This document shows, in pieces, positions 50,347 to 59,239 of a stretch of DNA of 64,000 bases. Source of the stretch: Dehalococcoidia bacterium (GTDB lineage Bacteria; Chloroflexota; Dehalococcoidia; GIF9; AB-539-J10); the NCBI GenBank assembly GCA_021162545.1, contig JAGGYM010000053.1:10272-74271 (forward strand). Direction: 5' to 3'. The notes below the pieces were generated by a model that was not told where the DNA came from, searched no databases, and saw nothing but the letters and a program-made list of their open reading frames with translations. Each line of letters starts with the position of its first letter. Position 1 is the stretch's first letter. Position numbers and translations under genes: made by a program.

Positions 50347-51033
50347 ATGGAAATACTAGATACTATCCCTATGCATCTGGATATTAACGAGGTGTCGAAA
50401 AAGCTGCACCTGGATAAAAAGAAGGGATATTCGAATACTGCTCAAGAATTGGTTGAGCTTGCTAATTCTCTGATCCACCCTAAGGCTATTTACGAAGTTT
50501 CATACGTTGATAATAAGAATGAGGACACGGTGGATATCGGTAGCGTGAAATTTACCAGCCGTGTACTCAGGGTTAATTTAGATAAAATAGGAAGAGTTTT
50601 CCCATATGTTGTGACAATTGGGAAGGAATTAGAGGACAGTACAGCTTCTTTTGATAATCTATTAAAGGCATATTGCCTGGATGAAATAGGAAATATGCTT
50701 ATTGAGATGGGCATGGAATATCTCAAAGGTTACTTGGAGAGGCGATACAAACTTGAACAGTTGTCAAATATAAGTCCAGGAAGTTTAAAGGATTGGCCAA
50801 TAACGCAACAAAAACAGCTGTTTTCAATTTTTGGTAATGTTGAAGGTTTAATTGGAGTTAAGTTAACCGACAGCTCACTTATGATTCCCAAGAAATCCGA
50901 ATCTGGGATATTTTTTCCTACCCAGGTCAAGTTTTATAGTTGCCAGCTATGCCCAAGAGAGAACTGTAAGGGAAGAGCAGCGCCATATGACGAGAACCTG
51001 GCGGAAAGTTATAGAAAAGAAGTGTCGGAATAA
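50347..51033 (+). CDS. standalone vitamin-B12-dependent methionine synthase activation-domain (AdoMet-binding reactivation) -like protein
   Basis: 228 aa. The C-terminal segment SLMIPKKSESGIFFPTQVKFYS parallels the MetH activation-domain motif (…[21 protein letters not shown]), recalled from memory. It ends with CQLCPRENC. Confidence 0.5.
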   Translation: MEILDTIPMHLDINEVSKKLHLDKKKGYSNTAQELVELANSLIHPKAIYEVSYVDNKNEDTVDIGSVKFTSRVLRVNLDKIGRVFPYVVTIGKELEDSTASFDNLLKAYCLDEIGNMLIEMGMEYLKGYLERRYKLEQLSNISPGSLKDWPITQQKQLFSIFGNVEGLIGVKLTDSSLMIPKKSESGIFFPTQVKFYSCQLCPRENCKGRAAPYDENLAESYRKEVSE

Positions 51034-51268
51034 AACTTTAAGATTCTTCTCTCATAGATGCTAGATTTTTCCTGACATCCACCCGGAGCGTATTGTGTAC
51101 TTTTCCCATTGGCCAGACTAGCCATCTTATTCATTACCCATGTTTTAGCTTTGGCTCTGATTACAGACTTTGTTTTTCTTGCCGTGGAGGCATCAGCTTT
51201 CAGAATCACCCCGAAGCTGCTCTCTGGATCAACTGCGATAGCTTGGTTTCATAAGCCAAGTAAATTAG

Positions 51269-51345
51269 TGGCGCGCCTAGAGGGATTTGAACCCACGACC
51301 CCCGGTTCCGAAGACCGGTGCTCTTGTCCGCTGAGCTATAGGCGC
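51269..51345 (-). tRNA. tRNA-Arg (anticodon TCG), CCA encoded
   Basis: Cloverleaf with acceptor GCGCCTA/TAGGCGC, anticodon stem CCGGT/ACCGG, loop CTTCGGA and T-loop GTGGGTTCAAATCCC. There is one U-U mismatch in the T-stem. Confidence 0.75.
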
Positions 51346-51352
51346 ACTTACG

Positions 51353-51426
51353 GGTGAGTGATGGGATTTGAACCCACGATCTCCAGGGCCACAACCTGGC
51401 GCCTTAACCACTGGGCTACACTCACC
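51353..51426 (-). tRNA. tRNA-His (anticodon GTG) with encoded G-1
   Basis: Acceptor GTGAGTG/CACTCAC with an extra 5' G pairing C73. Anticodon stem CCAGG/CCTGG, loop TTGTGGC, T-loop GGGTTCAAATCCC. Confidence 0.85.
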
Positions 51427-51637
51427 ACAAGCACAAGGTATTATACTTGATAACTGTTAGTGCTTTCAATTAAAATAACGTTTTGGCAATATCTTTTATA
51501 TTTTAGCAAAACGGGAAGCCCAATATTGCTACCTCCTGGTGTAATCTGGGTATTTTGGAGGTGCGGGCTTTATTGAACCCAAGAGAGGTGAGTTATGAGT
51601 AGTTTATTCTGTTTTCGGGCAAAAGGGAGAAGCTAGA

Positions 51638-52627
51638 ATGAAATCAAATTACCTTAGACTGAACAAATGGATAATTGGCCTGGCTATTTTAGTGTCCATC
51701 ATTTTTGTTGCGGCAGGTTGTGCTCCAGCTAACCACCAGCCGACCATCACCAGCATCAAAGCTGTGCCAGAGGCGGTTTACCCATCAGGCAGTTGCCAAA
51801 TTGAATGCGCTGCTTCAGATGATGACGATGATGAGCTAAGCTACGAGTGGTCAGCCAGTAAGGGGCATATAGATGGTGATGGGTCTATTGTTACCTGGAA
51901 CGCCCCAGAATCCGCAGGGATCTATAGCGTTACGGTTAAGGTAATTGATGGCAATGAAGGAGAAGTTTCTAACTCTATAGCTATTAGTGTGAGGGGCAAC
52001 CATCCACCAACTATTGTTAGCCTGACAGCAGATACGGATTGGATTGAACCGTCGAATAGTTGTCAACTTAAATGTGAAGTTAAAGACCTTGATGGTGACA
52101 AATTGAGCTATGAGTGGTCGGCTAATGGAGGTGTTATTTCCGGTGAAGGTTCGGTTGTCACATGGACTGCTCCTGAGACAACAGGTCTTTGTAATATCGC
52201 AATTGCAGTCGCTGATGGCCACGGCGAAGAAGATAAAGCCTTATTAGCTATTACTGTGGCGCTTAGCCCCCCACCGATTATCGAAGACCTGGTTGTCACC
52301 AGCGAACACCCCAAGTACGTGAAGAGAGGAGAAGAAAACACAGACAGGTACAAAATCTTGAAAAGCAAAAGTTGTGAAATTAAGTGTGTTGTTGTGAATG
52401 CCAGCTCCGAACTAATTTACGAATGGTCATGCGGCGGAGGCAAGATTTCTGGAGAAGGCTCTGTGGTTACCTGGATAGCGCCTCCTGACCGAGGCACAGT
52501 TACTATTACAGTAACAGTGTCTGATGCTGAAGGGGAGGTAGCCAGTAAGAACATAGTTTTTGAAGTGAACACCTGCGCATGCTCGCTTAAGAACTGGGGG
52601 CAGGCGGTAGATATCATCTCTAGTTAA
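51638..52627 (+). CDS. secreted lipoprotein with three tandem PKD-like domains
   Basis: A signal peptide with a lipobox (…FVAAGCAP). Then three ~95-aa repeats, each with P(T/P)I…SC…LSYEWSA..G.I.GEGS.VTW.AP…G…I.V.V.DG.GE, which is PKD-like (sYeWdfGDG…). Confidence 0.7.
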   Translation: MKSNYLRLNKWIIGLAILVSIIFVAAGCAPANHQPTITSIKAVPEAVYPSGSCQIECAASDDDDDELSYEWSASKGHIDGDGSIVTWNAPESAGIYSVTVKVIDGNEGEVSNSIAISVRGNHPPTIVSLTADTDWIEPSNSCQLKCEVKDLDGDKLSYEWSANGGVISGEGSVVTWTAPETTGLCNIAIAVADGHGEEDKALLAITVALSPPPIIEDLVVTSEHPKYVKRGEENTDRYKILKSKSCEIKCVVVNASSELIYEWSCGGGKISGEGSVVTWIAPPDRGTVTITVTVSDAEGEVASKNIVFEVNTCACSLKNWGQAVDIISS

Positions 52628-53345
52628 GCGGTACGAGTTTCACCTTGCCCCAAATTCCTATCTCGTCGCCTTTGATGATAACTATGCCATGCAAATTCTT
52701 TACTCCCTGTGCTTTCTCAATTGCTCCAGAAATATCTTCCCTGCTTTTGACCGAATTGCCTATAGCGGTAGCTATAGCGTCGGCCAAAGCCGTTGATGGC
52801 GAAAGAGCCACAATGGCATCGGCGTTGCCTAAATTCAGGGAATGCCCTATCGTTGCTGAAGAGGTACATATACCTAAAGGCGTTTCCTGAGGCTTGATTT
52901 CCAGGGCGATTTTCCCTGTAAAAGGAGACTGCCCGGCATAGATTCCCGCTAATCTTTTCTGTGATATTTTTAGGAAAATATCACCGCCATTTTCCACGAT
53001 TACCTCAGGCGAAAAGGGAAGTAAATCCCTGCCCACAGCTTCGGCAATAGCTCCAGCTACCGCTGCCATGGGGCCGACGCCAGCTAACTGTGATGCCCTG
53101 AGCATTTCTTTGACTATGGTCGGAGCACCTTCTTCCATTGGATACGGCCGCAATGTAGTTAGAAAGAGCGGATGGTATTCTATGTATTTTTCCAGTGATG
53201 AACGGTGCTTCAGTACAGACTTGAGAGCTTTGCCTTTGAGATCACGCTGTGCTCGAATGTATAAGTTGGTTTGCTTTACCACTACATTAAAGGAAACTAA
53301 GTCACTGTCTTTGATCCAGTGTCGATAAGTTTGTGCTTCACACAT
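52620..53345 (-). CDS. UPF0280/ApbE-like family protein (function unknown)
   Basis: 241 aa. The Gly/Ala-rich core GICTSSATIGHSLNLGNADAIVA resembles the UPF0280 family (from memory). It is co-directional and contiguous with the NIL-ferredoxin and COG1900 genes. Confidence 0.45.
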   Translation of the reverse strand: MCEAQTYRHWIKDSDLVSFNVVVKQTNLYIRAQRDLKGKALKSVLKHRSSLEKYIEYHPLFLTTLRPYPMEEGAPTIVKEMLRASQLAGVGPMAAVAGAIAEAVGRDLLPFSPEVIVENGGDIFLKISQKRLAGIYAGQSPFTGKIALEIKPQETPLGICTSSATIGHSLNLGNADAIVALSPSTALADAIATAIGNSVKSREDISGAIEKAQGVKNLHGIVIIKGDEIGIWGKVKLVPLN

Positions 53346-53756
53346 TTAGAAATACAATCGCATGGCTCGGGGGGGGCAAGCTTTAACACATAATCCACAG
53401 ATAACGCATTTATTGTGGTCAAAGAGCACTTTCCTGGTCTTTGCTTCTAGGGAAAAAGCGCCGCTGGGACAAATGGCAACGCATGCTCCACAGTGGGTAC
53501 ATCTGGCTTCATCGCGTACCACATCCTGTGAAAGAGATTGAATTTTTACGCCCACGCTGGCAAGATACTGGATGCCCTTGTCATAGTTTTTCTGGGTGCC
53601 ACCCAATTCCATAATTAGCAACCCTTCTTCACCTGGCGACACTGAAGCTTTAAGAATGTTAAAGTTGAGGTTGAAATCTTTGACCAAGCGGTAAACAACC
53701 GGTTGCCCTGTCACGTGTGGGGGAAAATGAAGCACTATCCTTTTAGAGATATCCAT
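53346..53756 (-). CDS. NIL-domain plus 2x[4Fe-4S] ferredoxin protein (methanogen MA1822-type partner of the homocysteine-biosynthesis sulfurtransferase)
   Basis: 136 aa with an N-terminal NIL-like domain and a C-terminal CTHCGACVAICP…CVICGLCVKACP. It lies immediately downstream of the COG1900 gene. Confidence 0.7.
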   Translation of the reverse strand: MDISKRIVLHFPPHVTGQPVVYRLVKDFNLNFNILKASVSPGEEGLLIMELGGTQKNYDKGIQYLASVGVKIQSLSQDVVRDEARCTHCGACVAICPSGAFSLEAKTRKVLFDHNKCVICGLCVKACPPRAMRLYF

Positions 53757-53760
53757 TTTA

Positions 53761-54969
53761 TTATTCAGTTATGAGCCTTTCCTCAAGAGGCTTAAAGGTT
53801 ATATCTGACTCTATCCCTGGCAAATGAGCTACAGGCTCAGTAAGTAGAAATTCACCTCTCTCTATCCAATCTTTTAATATGCCAGCAATCTCTATTGCTT
53901 TGGGGTAGCTAGATAATGAAGCTGTAGGTACGTCTTTCCCTTGAACCTTTATATGACCGCTTTTAAGTTCTGCGTAGCTAATCTCCCCCAAAATTCCTGG
54001 CTTCCTTTGCGGATAAGTCTCGGAGAATTCGATGATGGGAGCAAAGATTTCATCGTCGGTTACTGTGGTGTAGCGTAAAATTTCCTCGGAGAGTACAGGT
54101 ATTGGGATTCCTATACCTGTACTTAGCGTGCAACCGTAGCCAAACATGCTCGTTCCGACCAACCATTCTGGTTTCATCTGCTTCAAATCACCGATGAGCG
54201 ATAAAGAGCCTGCTCCCTCTCTAGGCACACCATTTTCTCCTCGGGGAACATTGGGGTTGTGTTGTGTGCCGTGCCAGGCAACATAGCCAATGCCCCCACC
54301 AATGAACACTTTTGTTCCCACACCTATGGATTTATAATAAGGGTCATTTAGCAAAGGGGAAAGTTGCCCTGAAGTGCTGTAATGTGCGTTGCCCAAATTT
54401 GGTTTTAACACTCCCATATAAGTGTAGAGCATCCTGTCTGATGAGTTAACAGCAACCTCATAGTTTTGGTAAGCATTTCTCACATTAAACAGGATAGCAT
54501 CATTGATATCCTTGAGGTTGATCCAACTTTCTAGTTTTCTCCTGGGATAACAATCTGTGCCATAAGCAGTAGCTACCAGTCTGATATCTTTACCTGCCAC
54601 CAGTTCTTCAATAACATGTCCGCCGCCATAATTAAACTCGCCGGGGTGAAATTTGTTTCTGGGGTCATCATCGGGCAGCGCGTTAGCTCCAAGAAAGACA
54701 TCTGCAGCAGCCAGTCCAGTGTACACCGGAACATCATTGAGATAAGCCTTGCCACCACCGAGCTTTATCCTGGGTTGAGAATGGCCAAAATTGAGGAATG
54801 CACCGGAGGAGCACATAGGACTAAAAGTGCCGGTAGTCACCACATCAATTTCCTCCGCTGCCTTATGCAGACCTTTTTCCCTGGCAATATCAATTACTTC
54901 CTCAGCAGTGACTACTACCGCCTTCCCTTTTTTTATTTTCTCGTTAATTTCAACGATTGTTTTTAACAT
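53761..54969 (-). CDS. COG1900/DUF39 family protein (L-aspartate-semialdehyde sulfurtransferase-type homocysteine biosynthesis enzyme, MA1821-like)
   Basis: 402 aa. The family was recognised from sequence memory (…GTFSPMCSSGAFLNFGH…). It has the canonical pairing with the NIL-ferredoxin gene. Confidence 0.7.
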   Translation of the reverse strand: MLKTIVEINEKIKKGKAVVVTAEEVIDIAREKGLHKAAEEIDVVTTGTFSPMCSSGAFLNFGHSQPRIKLGGGKAYLNDVPVYTGLAAADVFLGANALPDDDPRNKFHPGEFNYGGGHVIEELVAGKDIRLVATAYGTDCYPRRKLESWINLKDINDAILFNVRNAYQNYEVAVNSSDRMLYTYMGVLKPNLGNAHYSTSGQLSPLLNDPYYKSIGVGTKVFIGGGIGYVAWHGTQHNPNVPRGENGVPREGAGSLSLIGDLKQMKPEWLVGTSMFGYGCTLSTGIGIPIPVLSEEILRYTTVTDDEIFAPIIEFSETYPQRKPGILGEISYAELKSGHIKVQGKDVPTASLSSYPKAIEIAGILKDWIERGEFLLTEPVAHLPGIESDITFKPLEERLITE

Positions 54970-55020
54970 GGCTCTTTAGCAACCTACCTACTATTCTGGA
55001 CCATCCACATAAAGAATCCC

Positions 55021-55794
55021 TTATCTCAATAATTCCATAGCCAATTTGGCTGCCTTTCTGCCAGATAATAGCATGCCACCGAATACTGGGCCCATCCTGG
55101 GCGAACCGAAGACAGCGTTTGCTGCCATGCCGACGATTATCAATCCTGGGTAAATTTCCCTGGTGTTCTCGGCAATTTTACTTTCCGCTACTTCAACCCA
55201 CATTGGTTTTTCGCCGATTACATCCCCTGTTGCAGTCCTCAATTTTCCTCCCATCTTCCTGGTAACCATATGGCAAATTTCACAATCGTGTCCTGTGGCG
55301 TCTATTACTAATCTAGACCTTATAGCCAAAGGGTCAACATGTAAATTCGCTAAAAGAACAGGGCTCCAGTTTAATACTAATCCACTAACCTTATCAGCTT
55401 CCCTGATAACTATATCCTCAATACCGATCAGATTAAATACCTTTGCTCCAGCCCTTATGGTAAGAGAGCAAAGGGTTGAGGCCAGTTCTACAGCGCTAGC
55501 GACATAGTACCCCCCTTCGTAGGCAGTACTGGCAACGCCAAATTCATCCAGGATTTCCTTAGCCGCATCCTGTACTACAATCTTGTTGAACATCATGCCA
55601 CCTCCCCAGATACCACCCCCTGCGCTTAATTTTCTTTCAAATATGGAAGTCTTGATTCCTCCTTTTGCCAGATAATAAGCAGCAGTCATTCCTGCCGGGC
55701 CAGCACCCACAATAGCCACATCAAGCTCCATTGCCTCAAGCAGGTCTTTTATGTAGCTTTCTGTTATAGCCCGTGAAACAATAACTTCATCCAT
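55021..55794 (-). CDS. thi4: thiazole synthase Thi4 (archaeal-type, sulfide-dependent thiamine thiazole synthase / ribose-1,5-bisphosphate isomerase family)
   Basis: 257 aa. [18 protein letters not shown]…[12 protein letters not shown] are Thi4 motifs. Confidence 0.85.
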   Translation of the reverse strand: MDEVIVSRAITESYIKDLLEAMELDVAIVGAGPAGMTAAYYLAKGGIKTSIFERKLSAGGGIWGGGMMFNKIVVQDAAKEILDEFGVASTAYEGGYYVASAVELASTLCSLTIRAGAKVFNLIGIEDIVIREADKVSGLVLNWSPVLLANLHVDPLAIRSRLVIDATGHDCEICHMVTRKMGGKLRTATGDVIGEKPMWVEVAESKIAENTREIYPGLIIVGMAANAVFGSPRMGPVFGGMLLSGRKAAKLAMELLR

Positions 55795-55948
55795 TCGAGG
55801 AGTACCTGAATTGAAATAGCTTAAATAGTATACACTTCCTGGAGGTTAAATTTCCAGTTACTGTGCTGGCCTGATTCTCTAAGCCCATTCTATCTCTAGT
55901 ATTTTGTTCTATTGTCTTTATCTTAAAACAAGTAGTTTTTTACCTGGG

Positions 55949-56872
55949 TCACTTCTTTTTTGAAACCTGCTCTGTCTTATAAGGGTTAACATGAACCATA
56001 ACATCCTGTATATGCTCAAGTGTGTCCATAAGCCTACTTCTTACTTCGACAGCTACTCCATGACCTTGCTCCACAGTGAGTTTGCTATTCACAGCTATCT
56101 CCACATCAATGGTGAATCTAGAACCACGACGATGCACCTTGAGGTCATCGATTGACTTAATTCCTCCAATCTCCAGGGCAGTAGTTCTAATCTGGTCCAA
56201 AATTGCTGAACTTGGCCTTTCATCCATCAGTACCCCAATATTCGGGCGAAGAAGAGTAAGGGAAACCCTGATTATAAAAGCGGAAACAATAAGGCCAGCT
56301 ACAGGGTCTAAATACTGATAACCTAATCTGGCTCCGAGTATACCGGCTAAAACAGCCACCGAGGAGTAAGCATCCGAACGGTGATCCCATGCAGTGGCAA
56401 TAACAGCAGGGCTATTATTCCTTTTCCCCACTTTGAGTGTATAACGAAACAGACCTTCTTTTACAACTATGGAGGCAATGGCTGCTACCAGAGCAATCGT
56501 AGCTGGAGTTTCAAAATGCTTGTGGACAATGAGGTGAACGGCGGAAATGCCAACAAAGACTCCGGTAGCAAGAATTATGAGGGCCACTATAAAAGCAGCG
56601 ATAGTCTCTGCATTGGCATGCCCGTAAGGATGGCTTTCATCTGCTGGTTTTTCTCCAATTCGTAGGCTTACATAAACAGTTCCTGTGGCCAGACAATCGG
56701 ATATAGAGTCAATGGCATCGGCTATCATAGCATAGCTGAAGCCAAGTATACCGGCGAGCATCTTGAAAATTGCTAGCACTATGTTGACGCCAAGCCCTAC
56801 TAAGGTGCAGGTTTTAGAATCATAAAAATTAACTCCTGACATAAATCCTCGTCTTCTATCTCCAGCTAACAA
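55949..56872 (-). CDS. cation diffusion facilitator family metal efflux transporter
   Basis: 307 aa, six TM segments, CDF signatures (…ADAIDSISD…HGHANAE…) and a C-terminal cytoplasmic domain. Confidence 0.85.
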   Translation of the reverse strand: MLAGDRRRGFMSGVNFYDSKTCTLVGLGVNIVLAIFKMLAGILGFSYAMIADAIDSISDCLATGTVYVSLRIGEKPADESHPYGHANAETIAAFIVALIILATGVFVGISAVHLIVHKHFETPATIALVAAIASIVVKEGLFRYTLKVGKRNNSPAVIATAWDHRSDAYSSVAVLAGILGARLGYQYLDPVAGLIVSAFIIRVSLTLLRPNIGVLMDERPSSAILDQIRTTALEIGGIKSIDDLKVHRRGSRFTIDVEIAVNSKLTVEQGHGVAVEVRSRLMDTLEHIQDVMVHVNPYKTEQVSKKK

Positions 56873-56874
56873 GC

Positions 56875-57045
56875 CTAGATTGCCTGGGCAAAAGTTTGTC
56901 TATTGAGCGGGTGGAGCTTATGCGCCTCCCACTGTTCCTTGGGGAGGACACAGATGTTGCCTTTCTCTTCTATTTTCACTTTCTCATCCGTTATCTTGAT
57001 TACCGGAGAGCAGAGCCCTTCTCCGCACAGGCTTACGATTTTCAT
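56875..57045 (-). CDS. small Cys-rich hypothetical protein (56 aa: MKIVSLCGEGLCSPVIKITDEKVKIEEKGNICVLPKEQWEAHKLHPLNRQTFAQAI)
   Basis: It is not in the ORF track because it is under 60 aa. It has a strong RBS (AAGGAGG) 8 nt upstream of the ATG. Its stop is 2 nt from the CDF start, placing it in an operon between the permease and the CDF gene. It contains C7, C12, C33 and a H..H pair. Confidence 0.35.
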   Translation of the reverse strand: MKIVSLCGEGLCSPVIKITDEKVKIEEKGNICVLPKEQWEAHKLHPLNRQTFAQAI

Positions 57046-57115
57046 GTTTTTAGCCTCCTTGCGTTTGAAAATTTAGAACCTTCTTTTATAGCCCCATCCG
57101 CAATCAGGAGTAATT

Positions 57116-58134
57116 CTATATTAACGAGAAGGAATACCCTAAAACCAGGGACATTATGCTAATGCATGCCAGATAAATAAGCAAGATTTTGCCACTGAAT
57201 TCCTTTTTCAGAACAAGGATAGTTCCCCAACTGGTAATCGGGCCTACCAATAGCAGAACCAGTCCGGCGCCGATATTCATTCCTTGCGACAGAAAGGCCT
57301 TAACCAGAGGAGGACTGGCTGTGGAGCAGACATACATCAAAAGTCCAAGAACAAGGCTGAATAAATACCCCAATCCACCGCTGAAATAGGTGCCAACAAA
57401 TTTCCCTACAGGGGTAACTGTCACTACCAGAGCTGCCAGAGCAAGTCCTAGAAGAATCTCAGGGCCAATTTCCTTCACCATATCCGCAAAACCATATCTG
57501 AAAGCTGAATTCACTCTGTCCTTAATCCTAATGCTCCGGGTGCATTGCTCTGCAGTAGCATATTCTTCGGCTTCCCTCTCAAAAATCGCTTGGCAATGAG
57601 GAGAACAAAAATAATAACTTTTGCCCCCATATTCTGTTTTTAATCCCTTCGCTGTATCCACATTCATTCCACAAACAGGGTCTATAGCAAGTTCTGCCCT
57701 TTGAAGAGGACTCGCCAAGTCCTTGGGCTCAGATTGAATGAGGTTGCCAACAATACCCATGATTGACCCCATCAAGATCGCGGCAAATAATATAAATACG
57801 GTGAACTTTATACCCAGCAGGGCATAACAAACCAGAAGAGCGCTTATCGAGGTGGCTGGTGTCGCTACCAAGAAAGCTAAAACTGGACCTAGCCTTGCCC
57901 CTTTCTGGTGTAGACCTACCGCTACTGGGAGAGACCCTATACAGCAAAGGGGAAGAACTGTCCCTGCAAGGGTGGACTAGAGGAGAGGCTTTATTCCTCG
58001 CCCACCAAGGTGTCTTTCCACCAATCCTCCAGGAACAAACTCATGGATCAAGCCGCTCAGGAGCAAGCCTATTGCAAGGAAGGGCAATACCTCGATTAAA
58101 TAATCCCTAAACGCGATAAAAAACTGGGCTATCA
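57116..58134 (-). pseudogene. ArsP-like COG0701 permease with an embedded TRASH/YHS metal-binding domain; the N-terminal ~90 codons are disrupted by two compensating frameshifts (pseudogene, or homopolymer-type assembly error). The intact C-terminal ORF is 57116..57871
   Basis: The conserved N-terminus (…DYLIEVLP | LLAIGLLLSGLIHEFVPGGLVERHLGGRGIKPLL | SSPPLQGTVLPLCCIGSLPVAVGL…) is encoded in three successive frame segments. The gene frame has stops TAG at ~58069-58071 and TAA at ~57992-57994. The middle 32 codons lie in the -1 frame. The TRASH motif is DPVCGMNVDTAKGLKTEYGGKSYYFCSPHCQAIFE. A TTG start overlaps the acr3 stop (TTGA). Confidence 0.5.
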
Positions 58135-59235
58135 ACCACTTGCTCCTTCGCCGTCACCATCGGCGTATTGAATTCGTGGCTGGTAGAAGAAACCTCTTGT
58201 CTTCTTACAGAGCCATACCAGAAAGAGCATGAAGGGGACCTCTGTCAGAACGCCAACAACTGTAGCCAGCACTGCTCCTGAAGAGAGGCCAAATACGGTC
58301 GTTGCTACAGCAACGGCTACCTCAAAGTGATTGCTTCCAGCGATTATTGCTGTTGGTGCCGCATCCTCATAGGAGAGATGAATAGGTTTAGAGATGAGGT
58401 AAGTGAGGGCAAAGACAAAAAGGATATTCAGGAATATCCCGATGGCAATCATGCCCACGGATGCCGGAAGTTCTGTGATTATGTCCCCCTGCAGACTGAA
58501 TAGGATCAGTAGAGTGATGAGGAGAGTGATTATCGACACGGTCCGCAGGGGAGGAATAAGTTTTGTTTTAAACCATCCTATTCCCCTCCGCTTAATCGTC
58601 TGAGTTCTGGTGAAGTAGCCACATAAGAGAGGAAGGCCAATATAGACTGCCACCGAAGAAACGATCGCTTTCCAAGGTATAGCAATTCCCGAAATTCCCA
58701 AGAGAAACTGGACCAGCGGGGCATAGAAGAGCACCATTGAGAGCGAGTTTATGGCAGTCATTACTAGCGTGTGCGCCATATTTCCTTTTGCCAGATAACT
58801 CCACATCAAAACCATAGCAGTGCATGGAGCAACGCCAAGAAGAATCATTCCAGCCCGGTATTCCTGAGCAATCTCGGGTGATAAGAAGCTCTTGAAAACT
58901 ACATCCATGAACAGCCAGGCGAAGAAAGTCATAGTAAAGGGTTTTATCGCCCAGTTGGCAACAAGAGTGGTGATTATTGGCTTTGGGGCCCTGGCCGCTT
59001 TTTTCACCTGACTGAAATCTATCTGCACCATTATGGGATAGATCATCATGAACAAACAAATAGCAATTGGGATGGAGACATTGGCAACAGTTAGCCCACC
59101 TAATACGTCGGAGATTTTGGGAAAAACCTTCCCTATCCCTATCCCGGCACCAATACAAAGTGCTACCCACAGGCTCAGGTATTTCTCCCAAACTCCAAGT
59201 CTGCTTTCCCTTTCTTGGGCCATATCGCGTCGCAT
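58132..59235 (-). CDS. acr3: arsenite efflux transporter, ACR3 family
   Basis: 367 aa, 10 TM segments, the ACR3 signature (…GVAPCTAMVLMWSYLAKG…). It lies 4 nt downstream of arsM. Confidence 0.9.
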   Translation of the reverse strand: MRRDMAQERESRLGVWEKYLSLWVALCIGAGIGIGKVFPKISDVLGGLTVANVSIPIAICLFMMIYPIMVQIDFSQVKKAARAPKPIITTLVANWAIKPFTMTFFAWLFMDVVFKSFLSPEIAQEYRAGMILLGVAPCTAMVLMWSYLAKGNMAHTLVMTAINSLSMVLFYAPLVQFLLGISGIAIPWKAIVSSVAVYIGLPLLCGYFTRTQTIKRRGIGWFKTKLIPPLRTVSIITLLITLLILFSLQGDIITELPASVGMIAIGIFLNILFVFALTYLISKPIHLSYEDAAPTAIIAGSNHFEVAVAVATTVFGLSSGAVLATVVGVLTEVPFMLFLVWLCKKTRGFFYQPRIQYADGDGEGASG

Positions 59236-59239
59236 TTTC

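Noticed and set aside
51269-51426. tRNA pair as an integration hotspot or genomic-island boundary
   Set aside because: No integrase, no direct repeat of a tRNA 3' end and no mobile-element genes were seen on either side.
56896-57162. 88-aa plus-strand track ORF
   Set aside because: It has no RBS. The opposite strand carries a better-supported small ORF with a consensus SD and operon-compatible spacing.
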